The notes beneath the pieces were generated by a model. That model ran no database searches, was not told the origin of the DNA, and saw only the letters and a list, made by a program, of their open reading frames with translations. A DNA stretch of 64,000 nt from Piromyces finnis finn. Taxonomy: Eukaryota; Fungi; Neocallimastigomycota. The position numbers and the translations under genes were made by a program. Of this stretch, positions 40,630 to 60,485 are shown in pieces (within the stretch, counting starts at the first letter, position 1; each line of letters begins with the position of its first letter). The stretch lies in assembly GCA_002104945.1 (NCBI GenBank), contig MCFH01000070.1, forward strand, positions 1 through 64,000, written 5' to 3'.

Positions 40630-42431
40630 ATGGCTACTAAGTCTGTTGATGCTTGGGTAAATAGTTAAAAAGAATTGAATTAAGATGTTTTAATAATTAT
40701 TAAAAATAAGATATAAGACATATTATTCTAAATAAAGAATGAAAATAAAAATAATGAAAATAAAAAGAATGAAAATGAGTTGCTAAATTTTTTTGAAATT
40801 GAAAAAGTATTAATAATGAATATTAATAATTTATTGATTTATATTAATTATTTGTTATAACAGAACACTTGTTTAAACGTTCCACTTAAGGAAGAAGATC
40901 CAGAAATCTACGACATCATTGAACAAGAAAAGATTAGACAATGGAGTTGTTTAGGTAAGGATAATTAATAAAAAATAATAATTTCTAAAATGAAGAATAT
41001 CGAATTAATATGTAAACAAATATATAATAATTTCAATTTAAAATAACAGAATTAATTGCTTCTGAAGTATGTATAATGAGTTAATATAATTTTTAAATAA
41101 ATTAATTAATAAATAAAAATAAATTTATTAATATGTATATAAAATTAAAATTAAAGAACTTTACTTCTCAAGCTGTTATGGAAGCTAATGGTTCTGCCTT
41201 AACTAACAAATATTCTGAAGGTCTTCCAGGTGCTCGTTACTATGGTGGTAATGAATACATTGATATTTTAGAAAGATTATGTCAAGAACGTGCCTTAAAG
41301 GCTTTCGATTTAGATCCAACTAAGTGGGGTGTTAACGTTCAACCATACTCTGGTTCTACTGCTAACTTCGCTGCTGTTATGTCAGTCTTAGAACCACACG
41401 AAAGACTTATGGGTCTTGACCTTCCATCTGGTGGTCACTTATCTCACGGTTATGCTACTCCAAAGAAGAAGATTACTTCTTCTGCTGTTGTCTGGGATTC
41501 TATGCCATACCGTGTTGACCCAGCTACTGGTTACATTGACTACGATAAATTAGAAGAAAATGTTGCTCTTTTCCGTCCAAAGTTAATTATTTGTGGTGCT
41601 AGTGCTTATCCACGTGAATTTGATTACGCTAGATTAAGAAAGATTGCTGATATCAACAACTCTTACTTAATGGCTGATATTGCTCACATTAGTGGTCTTG
41701 TTGCTGGTAAGGAAGCTGCCAACCCATTCGAATACTGTGATATTGTTACTACTACTACTCACAAGACTCTTCGTGGTCCACGTGCTGGTCTTATCTTCTT
41801 CTCTAGAACTAGTCCAAGAAATGATAAATTAGAAGCTGCCGTTAATGCTTCCGTTTTCCCAGGTGCCCAAGGTGGTCCACACAACAACACTATTGCTGGT
41901 ATTGCTGTTGCTTTAAAGCATGCTGCTTCTCCAGAATGGAAGCAATACGCTCAACAAATCCGTAAGAACTGTGCTGCTATGGCTGCTAAGCTTAAGTCTT
42001 ACGGTTACAAGATTGTTACTGATGGTACTGATAACCATCTTATTCTTTGGGATTTAAGACCAAATGGTTTAACTGGTAGTAAGATGGAAAAGATTTGTGA
42101 TTTCGTTAACATTACCTTAAACAAGAACGCTGTTCACGGTGACCGTAGTGCTGCTGTTCCAGGTGGTTGCAGAGTTGGTGCTGCTGCTTTAACTTCTCGT
42201 TCTCTTAAGGAAGCTGATTTCGAACAAATTGCTGATTACTTAAACCGTGCTACTAAGATCGCTTTAAGAATTCAAGAAAAGACTGGTAAGAAGCTTGTTG
42301 ACTTCGTTGCCGCTTGTGCTCAAGATGAAGAAGTTAAGGCTTTACAAAAGGAAGTTGAAGCTTTCGCTCGTTCCTTCCCAATGCCAGGTTTCGACCCATC
42401 TAAGATTGATTTAGCCAAGTACTCTCACTAA
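40630..42431 (+). CDS. SHMT: Serine hydroxymethyltransferase (no presequence, probably cytosolic), 4 exons
   Basis: [48 protein letters not shown] (PLP lysine), GGPHN, GTDNHL, NKNAV. Confidence 0.97.
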
Positions 42432-42897
42432 ATGTATTAAATAAATGTTAATGATTATTTAAACAATATTTATGTAAAAAGGAAATGTAAAAAAAAAAAA
42501 AATAAGAAAAAACAATAATACATTAGTACAAATAATTATTTTATAGAAAAAAAAGGAGATAATATAATATAATGTAAGAAAAATGTTAAAATTTTAAAAA
42601 AAAAATAATTAGTTTCACGAATAAACGTGAAATTTCTAATAAAGCATTTAAATTTCATAATAAAAAATGAACATTTATATTAAAATGTTTTATTTAAAAA
42701 TATAGTGTTGTTGTTTATTTAAGATAAAATTGGTTAATTAATAATTTATAGATAAAGGTTACTTCAATATAATGAATACCAAATTTTGTTTTTTATTTTT
42801 CTAAATGAATATTAGAGAAAGTTATTGAAGAAAATTTAAAGGAAATTTATCTATATAACTTTTTTTGACCTTAAAGAGAGCTATTCAATTTTCAATG

Positions 42898-43247
42898 GTC
42901 AATGTTCAAAAGGTTTGAAGCAACATCCAAGAGCGTCAATGCTGAAGAAACAGTAAGACAGGCCAGGAGGGCCAGCGCAACCAATGGAGATCATAATTTT
43001 GTCCCATGATAAAATTTTGATCTTTGGCTCGGTGTCCCATTGGAAGTCAAATACAATTATTATACTTTAGTATGATAGTGGCTTTCTTACTTTAATTAAA
43101 ATTACTAGAATACATTATACCCAATTTTTATTCATTTGTGTTTATTTAAACATATTTTTTTTTATTTTTATTTTTATTTTTTAATTTTTTATTACATGTA
43201 TTATAATTTTAATTAAATTAATAATAAAGTTTAAAATATTTGATGCC

Positions 43248-43286
<39 letters not shown>

Positions 43287-43525
43287 TCGGTGTCCCATTG
43301 GAAGTCAAATACAATTATTATACTTTAGTATGATAGTGGCTTTCTTACTTTAATTAAAATTACTAGAATACATTATACCCAATTTTTATTCATTTGTGTT
43401 TATTTAAACATATTTTTTTTTATTTTTATTTATTTTTAATTTTTTATTACATGTATTATAATTTTAATTAAATTAATAATAAAGTTTAAAATATTTGATG
43501 CCGTTAAAAAAAAAAAAAAAAAAAA
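42898..43525 (+). mobile_element. 5'-truncated insertion of the young LINE family made of two tandem poly(A)-tailed 3' ends
   Basis: Copy A 42893/42898-43250 + A32; copy B 43283-43505 + A20; both near-identical to the 3' end of the 1046-6736 element. TSD (a)ttcaattttcaatg at 42883-42897 and 43525-43539. Confidence 0.92.
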
Positions 43526-43554
43526 TTCAATTTTCAATGATAAACTTTTAAAAG

Positions 43555-43783
43555 ATTGGAAGTCAAATACAATTATTATACTTTAGTATAATAGTGGCTT
43601 TCTTACTTTAATTAAAATTACTAGAATACATTATACCCAATTTTTATTCATTTGTGTTTATTTAAACATATTTTTTTTATTTTTATTTTTATTTTTAATT
43701 TTTTATTACATGTATTATAATTTTAATTAAATTAATAATAAAGTTTAAAATATTTGATGCCGTTAAAAAAAAAAAAAAAAAAA
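43555..43783 (+). mobile_element. Independent 5'-truncated 3'-UTR-only insertion of the young LINE family
   Basis: attggaagtc...gatgccgtt + poly(A); TSD aaacttttaaaaga at 43542-43555 and 43781-43794. Confidence 0.92.
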
Positions 43784-43811
43784 CTTTTAAAAGAGTTTTT
43801 AGTTCATCGTG

Positions 43812-45770
43812 TTATGTAAAAAATCTTACATCTGATGTTACAAATCATAGCTTAAATCGGGGTTACTGGGAAAGAGCATTCCAATTCAATCATATCAATC
43901 AAATAGTATAGGTTATTAATAATTCCATTTCTATTGAGGAAATTAGAATATTGTTCTATCAAATGACGAATAATAAGGCTCCAGGTCCCGATGGTATCCC
44001 AATTGAATTCTTCAAAGCTTTCTTTTGTAACAAAGAACTGGAAAAAGAACATAAGTCTGCTGGAAATTGTCTTAAATTAATTTTTAATAAAATCTGGAAT
44101 GGATCCTTTCCTTTGAAATGGAACTCTGCTTCCATTGTTTCTATTCCAAAGAAAGGCGATCTTTAAGATTGTAATAATTATCGTGGTATTTCTCTTATCA
44201 ATGTAGGTCTTAAAAGCATTTCAAAAATTGTAACTGATAGAATTTCAAAGTATGCTCTTTCTCATAATTTTATAACTAGGGGATCTATCATATAATAGAT
44301 CCCCTAGTTATGTAGACCTAACATTTTACATCGGTATGTACTCGATTCCAAAGGTTTCTTGCTATACTTATCTTGGAATCCCATTCGACAAAGATTTTTC
44401 TCTGACTCCTATTCTGTCTAATATGTACAAAAAAGTTCAGAAATCTTTATTCTCTTTTAAGAGCTTCCTCACTAACAATTGTGTTCCTATTGGCTTAAAA
44501 ATATAGTAATTCATTCCTATATTTTAAGCAAAGTCTCTTATTATGCTCCTTTACTTGGTTCCAACAAAAATAGAACTAGAAGAGTCCAATCTCTTATCAA
44601 TACTGCTGTTCTTTGGAGCGTCAATAGCTTTCACAATAAAAGTCTGAATAACAATGATTTTGTTTTTGAACGAAATTCATTTATTAGTCTGTATGCTCTT
44701 ACAAGAGATATGAAGATTCCTATCATTTCAGGTATTTATGCTGCACAACAAGTGAAATGCTTTGTTAAATGGAGAAAATCAAATTGTATTATTAAAGACC
44801 TCGTCCGATCTATTCTTCCCATGTCTCATTACTCTTGGGCCAAAGAATCTTGTTCACTTCATAAGAAGCTTATGAAAATAAATATTAAAAGTACTAAAGA
44901 TATTAGAGAATATTATTGGAATAATAGTAGCCTAAATAATGGAAGTAAAGTCATCAGATATACTAACAACAAATTCTTTAATTCAAATCACCTAATGCAT
45001 ATCGGTCTCAATAAACCTCACTTAAATTTAGGAATTATCTGGATTATTCGTATTCGATGCGGTTTTGAATACACTACCCGAATTGCTATTGCCAGTAATA
45101 GAGTTACACCTGACTGCCCTCGTGTCTGTCCATGTTACGGATATGACGAACAATCTTTTTACCATTGGATATTAGAATGTTCTGCATTCTCTGAATACAG
45201 AGCTTCTTCACTTAGCTTTCTTGACGATCTTTTTACCCTTTTTTACAATAAATATAAGAATCAATTCATCACATACTTACTCCCTGAAATGGAAGTAAGA
45301 AAAACAATTTATAACTATATTTTTACGTTCCTTCTTGGTGGAACTTTAGCTTATGATGAGCTACAAATCGATAAGGCGGAACAAAGTCATTTGAATGAAC
45401 AGCTTTACAGTTCATCGGGGTCTCATGTTCCATATGTAGAGGGTCTCGCAGCTTTTCTTACTAAAACAATCCCTATCATTAGTAGCTCTATGAAGCTACT
45501 TTTTGATAGGTTTAGTAAGACACCTAACGTAATCAAGAGCGCCGACGTCGTACCGATATGGCAAAGGAACATTCTCAATGTTTCGTACAAAGGGTTCAAT
45601 GTTAGTATTTCCTCAAATTCGAATGAAAACATTATGAACTCATGGGAGAGTTTAGTGGACACCACACTATCATACCTGATGTTACTTCAATCTTATATTT
45701 TTGTATTCATTATCTACAAAAAACCAATTAATATGCTTATCTTGAAATATTATTTAATAAATCTTTAGAA
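43812..45770 (+). pseudogene. Dead copy of an older, related non-LTR family (RT to C-terminal zinc region), with stop codons and the RT core deleted
   Basis: NLTSD, KAPGPDGIPIEFFK, SIVSIPKKGDL*DCNNYRGISL, CYTYLGIPFDK, SKVSYYAPLLGSNK, CPRVCPC...HWILEC are collinear with the 1507-aa ORF. End coordinates approximate. Confidence 0.88.
44272..44311. repeat. Perfect 17-bp inverted repeat with a 6-nt loop at the RT deletion junction
   Basis: ataactaggggatctat-catata-atagatcccctagttat. Confidence 0.92.
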
Positions 45771-47662
45771 TTAAAATTGGACATCTCGAAAAGGAATAGT
45801 AAAATTAATTTTGTAGTTAACACATTCTTTTGACTTTAAGTAATTATAGTGTACCTATCTACCTCAAAAATGTGTATATAGTTTTGCTTATTTTTAGTAC
45901 AATTCCTTATTACGCACTACTCTTTGAATCTAATAAAACCAACACTAAAACAACATACCAAATACAACTATATACATGTTTAAAGAACTGGTTTATATCT
46001 CTATTAGTTAACTTTTGTGTGAATGTATTATTATATTATTACCCATTTAGTTAATAGTATTACAGTATTACAGTATTAAAAAGTCATGTTAGCAGCAGAA
46101 AAAAAAATCAATAAAGGAGTAAACATTATTAAGGAAATACCTTTTTCAAACTAATGGGAATTCTTAAAATCTGAAAGATAAAATATTCACACTTGGATTT
46201 TTTTTTTTTTTTTTTTTTGAATTAGTCATATTAAATATGGATTTAAATTGATATAAAGAATCTTATTAAAAATAATCTTATGGTAAGACCTGCCGCAATA
46301 TTTGTACTTATTGTGTTAATATTAATAGAGTTCCTAGTTTTACTCACTGGTATTATCATACTCAAAATTTGACAAATTTAGAAACCAATAATTCATTTTG
46401 TAGATAATAATAATATTTTTATTAATTTATTGTTGATTGTTCATGAAAAGTTATTGAACACTTATACACAATAATCATTTTGTGTATGTTCTCTAGATTC
46501 AGATTAGACTAACTGTTATTGATAGCACCAATGTTAAAGGAATAAAGTAAAAAAGAAATTCTGATATAGAATTGAATGATGATGATAAAATAACTCACAA
46601 GGAATTATCATCGAGAAATGAAAAGAATTAGAAGTCTTTCATCCTCTCCACCCACTAATGCAATTTTCTTTTATTAATTTATGTTTCATTTTTTTTTAAT
46701 ATAATTAATTTTTTGTATTTTTAATTTTATTAAATAAAAATTAAAATAGAAATAAAATATATAAAAATAAATTATTGTGCAATATATATAGTGTTAAGCT
46801 ACTATTAAAAATATTTTTTAATTATTTAATAATATTGTTTTTAAGCATTCTATTTATTTTATATTAAGAAGAAATCCATTTTTTTTTCTTATAAACCTGA
46901 TTTAATTAAATGTATAAACTCAAAAAAATATAAATCCTTTTTTTTTTTATTTCTATGTATTGAATTTAATATTTAATTTTTTATGTGCTTAATTATTTAA
47001 TTATATACTTAACCCTATTTATTTATAACCTTTTAGCACCTTAAGTAACAACCATTTTTTAAAAATATAATAAATTATAGTTTTAATTAATTAGCCTTAA
47101 TCATTTTTATGTATTTCCAAATTTCTATCTATTAATGTATATATATTAAATCACAAATTTTTAAATTTTATACCTTTAAAAAAATTTAAATGTTAATAAA
47201 CTTTAAATTATATTAAATATTTTCATTGTATATTTTAGTTTTAATATTATTTTTACTTTTTTTTATTAAACAAAACAAAAACTAAAAACAAAACTTTGTA
47301 AATCTTTTGATGAATGAATATTAAAGTTAAGGTTTTATCATTATTAAATTCAAAAACTTTACATATAACAATATATAATTATATTATCATTTATTTGTTT
47401 TATTATTTATTACATAATTAGTGTAAAATTTATACTTTATATATGACTTAAAATTTAATAGTTAAAAATAAAACAATTGTTATAATTTAATATTATTTTC
47501 TTTTCATAATTCTTTTATTTTTTTTACTTTTTTTTTTTTTTGTTCTTTTTAATATAACTATTTTATGTTTAAATATTAAGAATAATTCATTATTCTTAAT
47601 ATTTAATTGTATTGCTTATAATTTATCAATAACAATAAAATTATTTTAATTGTTTAAATAAT

Positions 47663-52743
<5,081 letters not shown>

Positions 52744-54101
52744 AAATAAATCGAATTATTAATTTATATTACAAAAAAAGGAAAGAAAAATAAATAAAAA
52801 CATTATTAATTTAGATTAATAGTAAATATAATAAATTACTATTTATACCATTAGTTCTTTTTATAAAATAATAATCTATGTTTTTACAAATTATTATTTA
52901 TTTTTGGAAATATTAAAGTAATTGTAAATAAAAATTAATTAGACATAATTTTTTATCTAAATAAAAAGAAAACAAAACAATTTATTCATACATAACATAT
53001 ATTTATGTAAGCATCATCTATACATCATGTGTTATATTTAAAAATCTTTTATTAATAAAGATCAATTAATTAAAATTCAAACATATCCTACTTATTAATT
53101 ATAAATTTTTTAATTAAATTTGAAAATTTTATAATATTTTTTATTAAATAAAATTTATTTTTTTTTATTATTAAATATTTTCATTTTAAAGAATTATTAA
53201 AAATAGTTTATTTTTCTTTAAAAAAATTTTATATTTTTTTTTTATAATTTAAATAAACATCGATAAATTCTTTAACAAACCAACAAAAAATTGTAAAAAA
53301 AAAGTTAAAAAGTAAATATAAGCAACTGCATATTGAAATATAATATAAAATATATATAATAATAATATTGAAAGAAAACTATTTTTTGGTTAAAATTACA
53401 ATTGGAGTATATTTGAATTATATTAAAGTATATTGATCTATGCTACATTTATAACCATAATAACTTTGAAATTCAAACATAATTTTTGTTGATCATTAAT
53501 AACACATTTAACAACCATTCCATATTCAATAAAAAATATAACTTATGCATAATTATATATCTATAAAGGAAATTTTCATCAATTTTATAAAAACATTATA
53601 AACTTGTATTACTATTTAAATTATGAAATTAATTTAAATAATAAATTTAATAATAAAAACATTGTTTTTAATAAGAAAAAAAAAAAAAAAAGTTTAAAAA
53701 CAACAACAACAACTAAATTTTTAAAATAATAATATTGTTATCATTTTAATTTTCTGTATTTATAATAAATAATACATAATATATAATGATAGTAATTAAT
53801 AAAATATAATTTTTAAATAACATAAATTCTTAAAATGGATGATAAATGAAATAAAGAATTCATATAATTTAATTTAACAATACTTTTGTTTTTCTATATT
53901 TCGTTTAAAATATAAAAAATATACGCATTCTACTTATTTTATAATATCATACAATTTAAAATAAAAAATTTTATTTATAGTTTATAAAAGAATTAGAGAA
54001 AAATTTAAAATATGAAATCATTACATAGTTAAAAAGGTGGTATTAATTAATCTTTTTTTTTTCTTTTCTTTTCTTTATTAAATACATAAAAACAACAGTA
54101 A

Positions 54102-55763
<1,662 letters not shown>

Positions 55764-56801
55764 GGTAACAAAAAGTATAAATACTTGTTTTATTCATTAG
55801 AATGATATAGAGTATTAAATTAAAATTACTTGTACGACATCTATTATTATAATACAAATTATGATATTAATTTATCTATCTATTGAATTTTTTCTATGTA
55901 ATTTTATAGTAATATAAATCTGATACCTTTTTTTTTTTAAGATCATAATGTAAATAATATATCTAAATATCTGTAAATGATGTTTAAAAAAAAAAAATTC
56001 AATTACTGACCACTACCTTTTTTATTTCTTTTTTTCCCCATATATATCAATTCCCATACCATTGCTTTTAAAAAAGTAGTAACTTCAATACAACAACAAC
56101 AACAACAACAAGCAACAAGCAACAACAACAATCAAAAAGTCAATATTATTTTATGCTAAAAAAAAAAAGTTTAAGAATATTAGTTTTTTTTTTTTAAATA
56201 ATAACTAGGAAGTAAAAAGAGTATTATTAAAGGAGAAAAAAAATTAGTAATCTACAACAATAAATACAATTACAATATAATAAAATAAAATAAAAAAATA
56301 TCATGGCATGCCTATTATGCACCTATATAAATAATAAATAAATACATTGAAAATAATAACAATATAATAATAATAATAATAATCATAATTACAATAATAA
56401 TAAAAAGTGAAAAAAAAAATAAAAAAAAATAAAATATACATAAAAAAAATAATAAAAAATGAACAAGTGTGTATATAATTTTTTTACTTAAAAAAAAATT
56501 TTGTGATATTTATTTGTAAAAGTATTATAAATAATTACTTACTATTGATTATGGAACCACATATATGTATTTTTGCTTCTTCTTCTTCTTCTTTGGCTTT
56601 ATTTTTACTATTATTATTTTATTTATAATGAAAAAAAGTTTTAGTATTTTTAACAAAAAATAGAGTATTATTTATTTATTTATTAGGTAAAATGCCTAAT
56701 AGATGTAATATAAAACTTTTAAATACTATTAAAAAAAATTTTTTTTTTTTTAAAATTTTCATAACTTGTCAATAATTAATTTAAAAAAAAGACAGAATAA
56801 A

Positions 56802-56833
<32 letters not shown>

Positions 56834-59800
56834 CTGTCAATAATTAAAAAAAAGACAGAATATATATAGTTTACAAACTAAGTTAAGATGACTTTTTTTT
56901 TTTTTTTCATTTTTACATTTTATACATTTTATATTTGAAATGAATTTAACTTTATAAAAACTAATTCTACCCTTTTTTAACATTTAACAATAACTAAGCT
57001 ATAATTTTATTTAACTATTATATATTATTATGTATAAGTAAAAACAAAGGTAAAATAATAATACATGTGAAAAATTTATCAGTCGTACCAAGCTATAAAC
57101 ATTATTATTTAAAATTTATGGTCTTTAATGCATTTGATTTCAGTGTGTAAATTTCAAAACTAAAATTTTAAAAGTATATAATCTTTTTTTAAAAATTTTT
57201 GCATTTCTATTGTTTGATGTTTATTTTTGAATAATTTTAACAAAATAAACAAATATTACCTGTTACAACTAAACCAATAATTTGTATGAAGATAAATGCT
57301 GCTATAATAAGTTAAGAATGTCAAAATATAAACAAAAAACTTAATAAATAGTATTTACACAAATGAATCTGTTATAATAGCGTGTGGCTAAATATTTTAT
57401 TCCTAAAAAAAAAGAGAGTTTTTTTCATCATTGAACGTAACACAAAATATCAACAAAATAAAAACGTAACACAAAAAATGTCATTTAATGTAACACAATT
57501 TTAATTCTATTTTCATTATAAAATTTATTTGAAAATATTTTAAAGAAAGTATTTCTATTTTTTTTTTTTTTTGTAGAAATATATATATATTATTTCGTTA
57601 TATTTCATTCATCGTTTCTTTTTTTTTTTTTTTTTTTTTTTGAGAAAAGAAGATTAATAAAATATTAATAATTTCTTCTTTTCTTTTTTTTTTTAAAGTA
57701 ATACTTAATAATGATATATATAATTTATATATAATTAATAAAAAAATAAGAATTAAAATTTATTATTTTTTATTTCATTTTGTTTCTTACTATTATTCAT
57801 TATATATATGCCAATAAAAAAAACTCTTCACCAAAAAAAAAAAAAAAAAAAAAACAATTTTTTTAAAAAAAGAAAATTCAACAAAAATTGAATGAACCAT
57901 AAAAAAATTTTAAAGTAAAAATATTTCCATATATGGTAAGTTTTAAATTAAAAATGTATTGTAAAAAAAATTGTACATCAACATTCTTTGCCAAAAAGAA
58001 AGTCCTATTGACAGTTTCATTATAACCTTATTATATCCCAATTCATATTTATTTTAAATAATAATAATATTTTTATTTGAATTTCTCTTTGCCTGTAATA
58101 TTATTCATTAGTAAGAATCTAATTACTGGATAAATACATCTTTTAACGCTAATTTTTAAGTATTTGTTATTACTTTACCAAAAAAAAAAAAGTATAAATG
58201 GAAAGTAGAATCTAATTGTACTACTATTCACATTATCTTTTTAATAATGATTCTATTTATTGACCTACAAACAGTATTAAACTTTTTCTTCTTTTCGTAT
58301 ATTTTTTTCTATTTGAACTTTTTTCATTAGAATGTATATTAATTTAACTTTTATTTTTATTGGCTAAACATATTTTAAAAAATTTTTGTCCCACATTTTT
58401 CATAGTGCATGTTAAGTGAAATTATAATGTTATTTTATTATTTTGTTTTTACTATTATTTTCCTATATATTTTGGTGTAATGGGTTTATGGACTTTTTTT
58501 TTTTATTTCTTTATATCTTTTATTTTTTATATTGATTTATTCAAAGTAAAACTTTTTTATTTTAAAGATTGAAATATTTTATAATTTTATTTTTAATAAA
58601 GTAAATATTAAATGAAAAATCAAAAACCTACTTGGTAGTACAAAATTAAACAAAGTCAAGTAAACAAAAAAAAAAAAAGTAAATAATTACACAGAAAAGT
58701 TCATTAAAATATAGTTTTTAAAGTGTGTATAATTGTGTATAGGAATTAGAGTATATAAGACTTTATATTTTCATTTTCTTTTTTTTCTTTATTCATGAAA
58801 TAGTTTTTTTTTTTTAAATATGTTATTTGAATAAAGACATATTGACTTTATCATATATCATGTGCATTGATGAAGTAAATTAAATGCCTCAATAAATTTT
58901 ATAATTTTAAATAAAAAATTCCATTTTTGGTAGGTGGTTTATTATTATACATAAATATGATTGGTTGAAAATATACTTTAAAATAAATCTATGTGTATGG
59001 AAATAATTAATATTATTATACTTTTTATAAATTTCCATATTGAATTATTAATATATTAAAAGTAATATTTTTAATATATTATTATATTTTAAATTAAATT
59101 TTATTTCCTTTTTTTTCTTAATTAAATCTCTTTCTTTTTTAACTTAACTTTTAATTTTGTAATAATATCTATGGACGACAGAACCAAAAAAATATGGTTT
59201 TAGTGTGTATGTAGTGGTAGTAGGATCACTAAACCTATAGAAACAAAAACACTATTTAATGTCAATTGATCGCATTCTATTGAATAATTGTAAAGAATAT
59301 TAATTATAAAACCTATTGACATCAACAATAGTAGAATTGTTGATATTTATATCTTTATTTTTTTTATATTAATTATTTACTTGTTGATGTGCAATAATTA
59401 AAAAATAAATAGTATAATATTTATTATATATTATTTTTAATAAATAATACCAACAAAATATTAATTTCATGTATAAATATTATATTATACATTATACTCT
59501 AATATATCATAAAATTGACACAGAAATGAAAGAATGGCTAATATTAGTTTATCTTAATATAAATATTAATTTAATATAATGTATAATATATTTTATTATA
59601 TTAAAATTTATATTATCAATATAACAATAAATTTAATAAACCATATATTATAATAAATTTTAATATAGTTAATTATAGTTACAGATTTTATTTTTTCAAT
59701 ATTTTTCTGTATATTTAAATTAATTATATATATTGAAATATAATGAAAAATAGTAATAATTATATTTAATATATTGTAGAATGAACTTAATATATTATTT

Positions 59801-60447
59801 TGAGTTTTGTAATAAAAATTTCTCCTTATGAATAATTTCAGAAATAGAAAAAGAATTAAATAATAAAAAACATTATAATTTCATTTAATAATAGGCTAAA
59901 TAATGGGAGGTATAAAAATGTGGGTGTTGTCAAAGGGATGTTTTCTATTTTATTATTATTATTATTTTTTAAATCTTTATTAATTTGTCATTTTTTATTG
60001 ATAATTCTTTTTTATTTTTTAATAGTTTGTTTTTGGTATTTCATTTATTCTTTCTTTTATATATTTTATTATGAATTAAAATTTATTACTTTATCCTTTT
60101 TTTTTTTTAATTTCTAAATTTTAATTTTTATTAAACGTTAAAATTCACTTTTTAAATTACCATTTTATAACTGACATAAACAAATGAAAAAATGAATAAA
60201 TGAAAGGTGCTTATCTTAAATAACCTAAAAAATTAGATTAATGGTTATTGTTGTTTTACAGATTACTAGCAGCTAGCTATTTTTTTTTTTTTTTTATTTA
60301 TTAAAATTTTATTTATTATAAAAAAAAGATATGAAAGAAAATTTTTTTAATTGGTTTATATATTAAATAAAAATTTTGTATTAAAAAAAATAAAATGATA
60401 ATAATTAATATTTTATATTATATAAAATCTATAAAATATATAAAATA

Positions 60448-60485
<38 letters not shown>

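Noticed and set aside
42898-43783. CRISPR-like or satellite array
   Set aside because: The units are LINE 3' UTRs with poly(A) tails and TSDs, not repeat-spacer units.
46055-46078. (acagtatt) short tandem repeat as the 3' tail of the old LINE
   Set aside because: Only 2-3 units, no matching TSD found, and not seen at the other relic.
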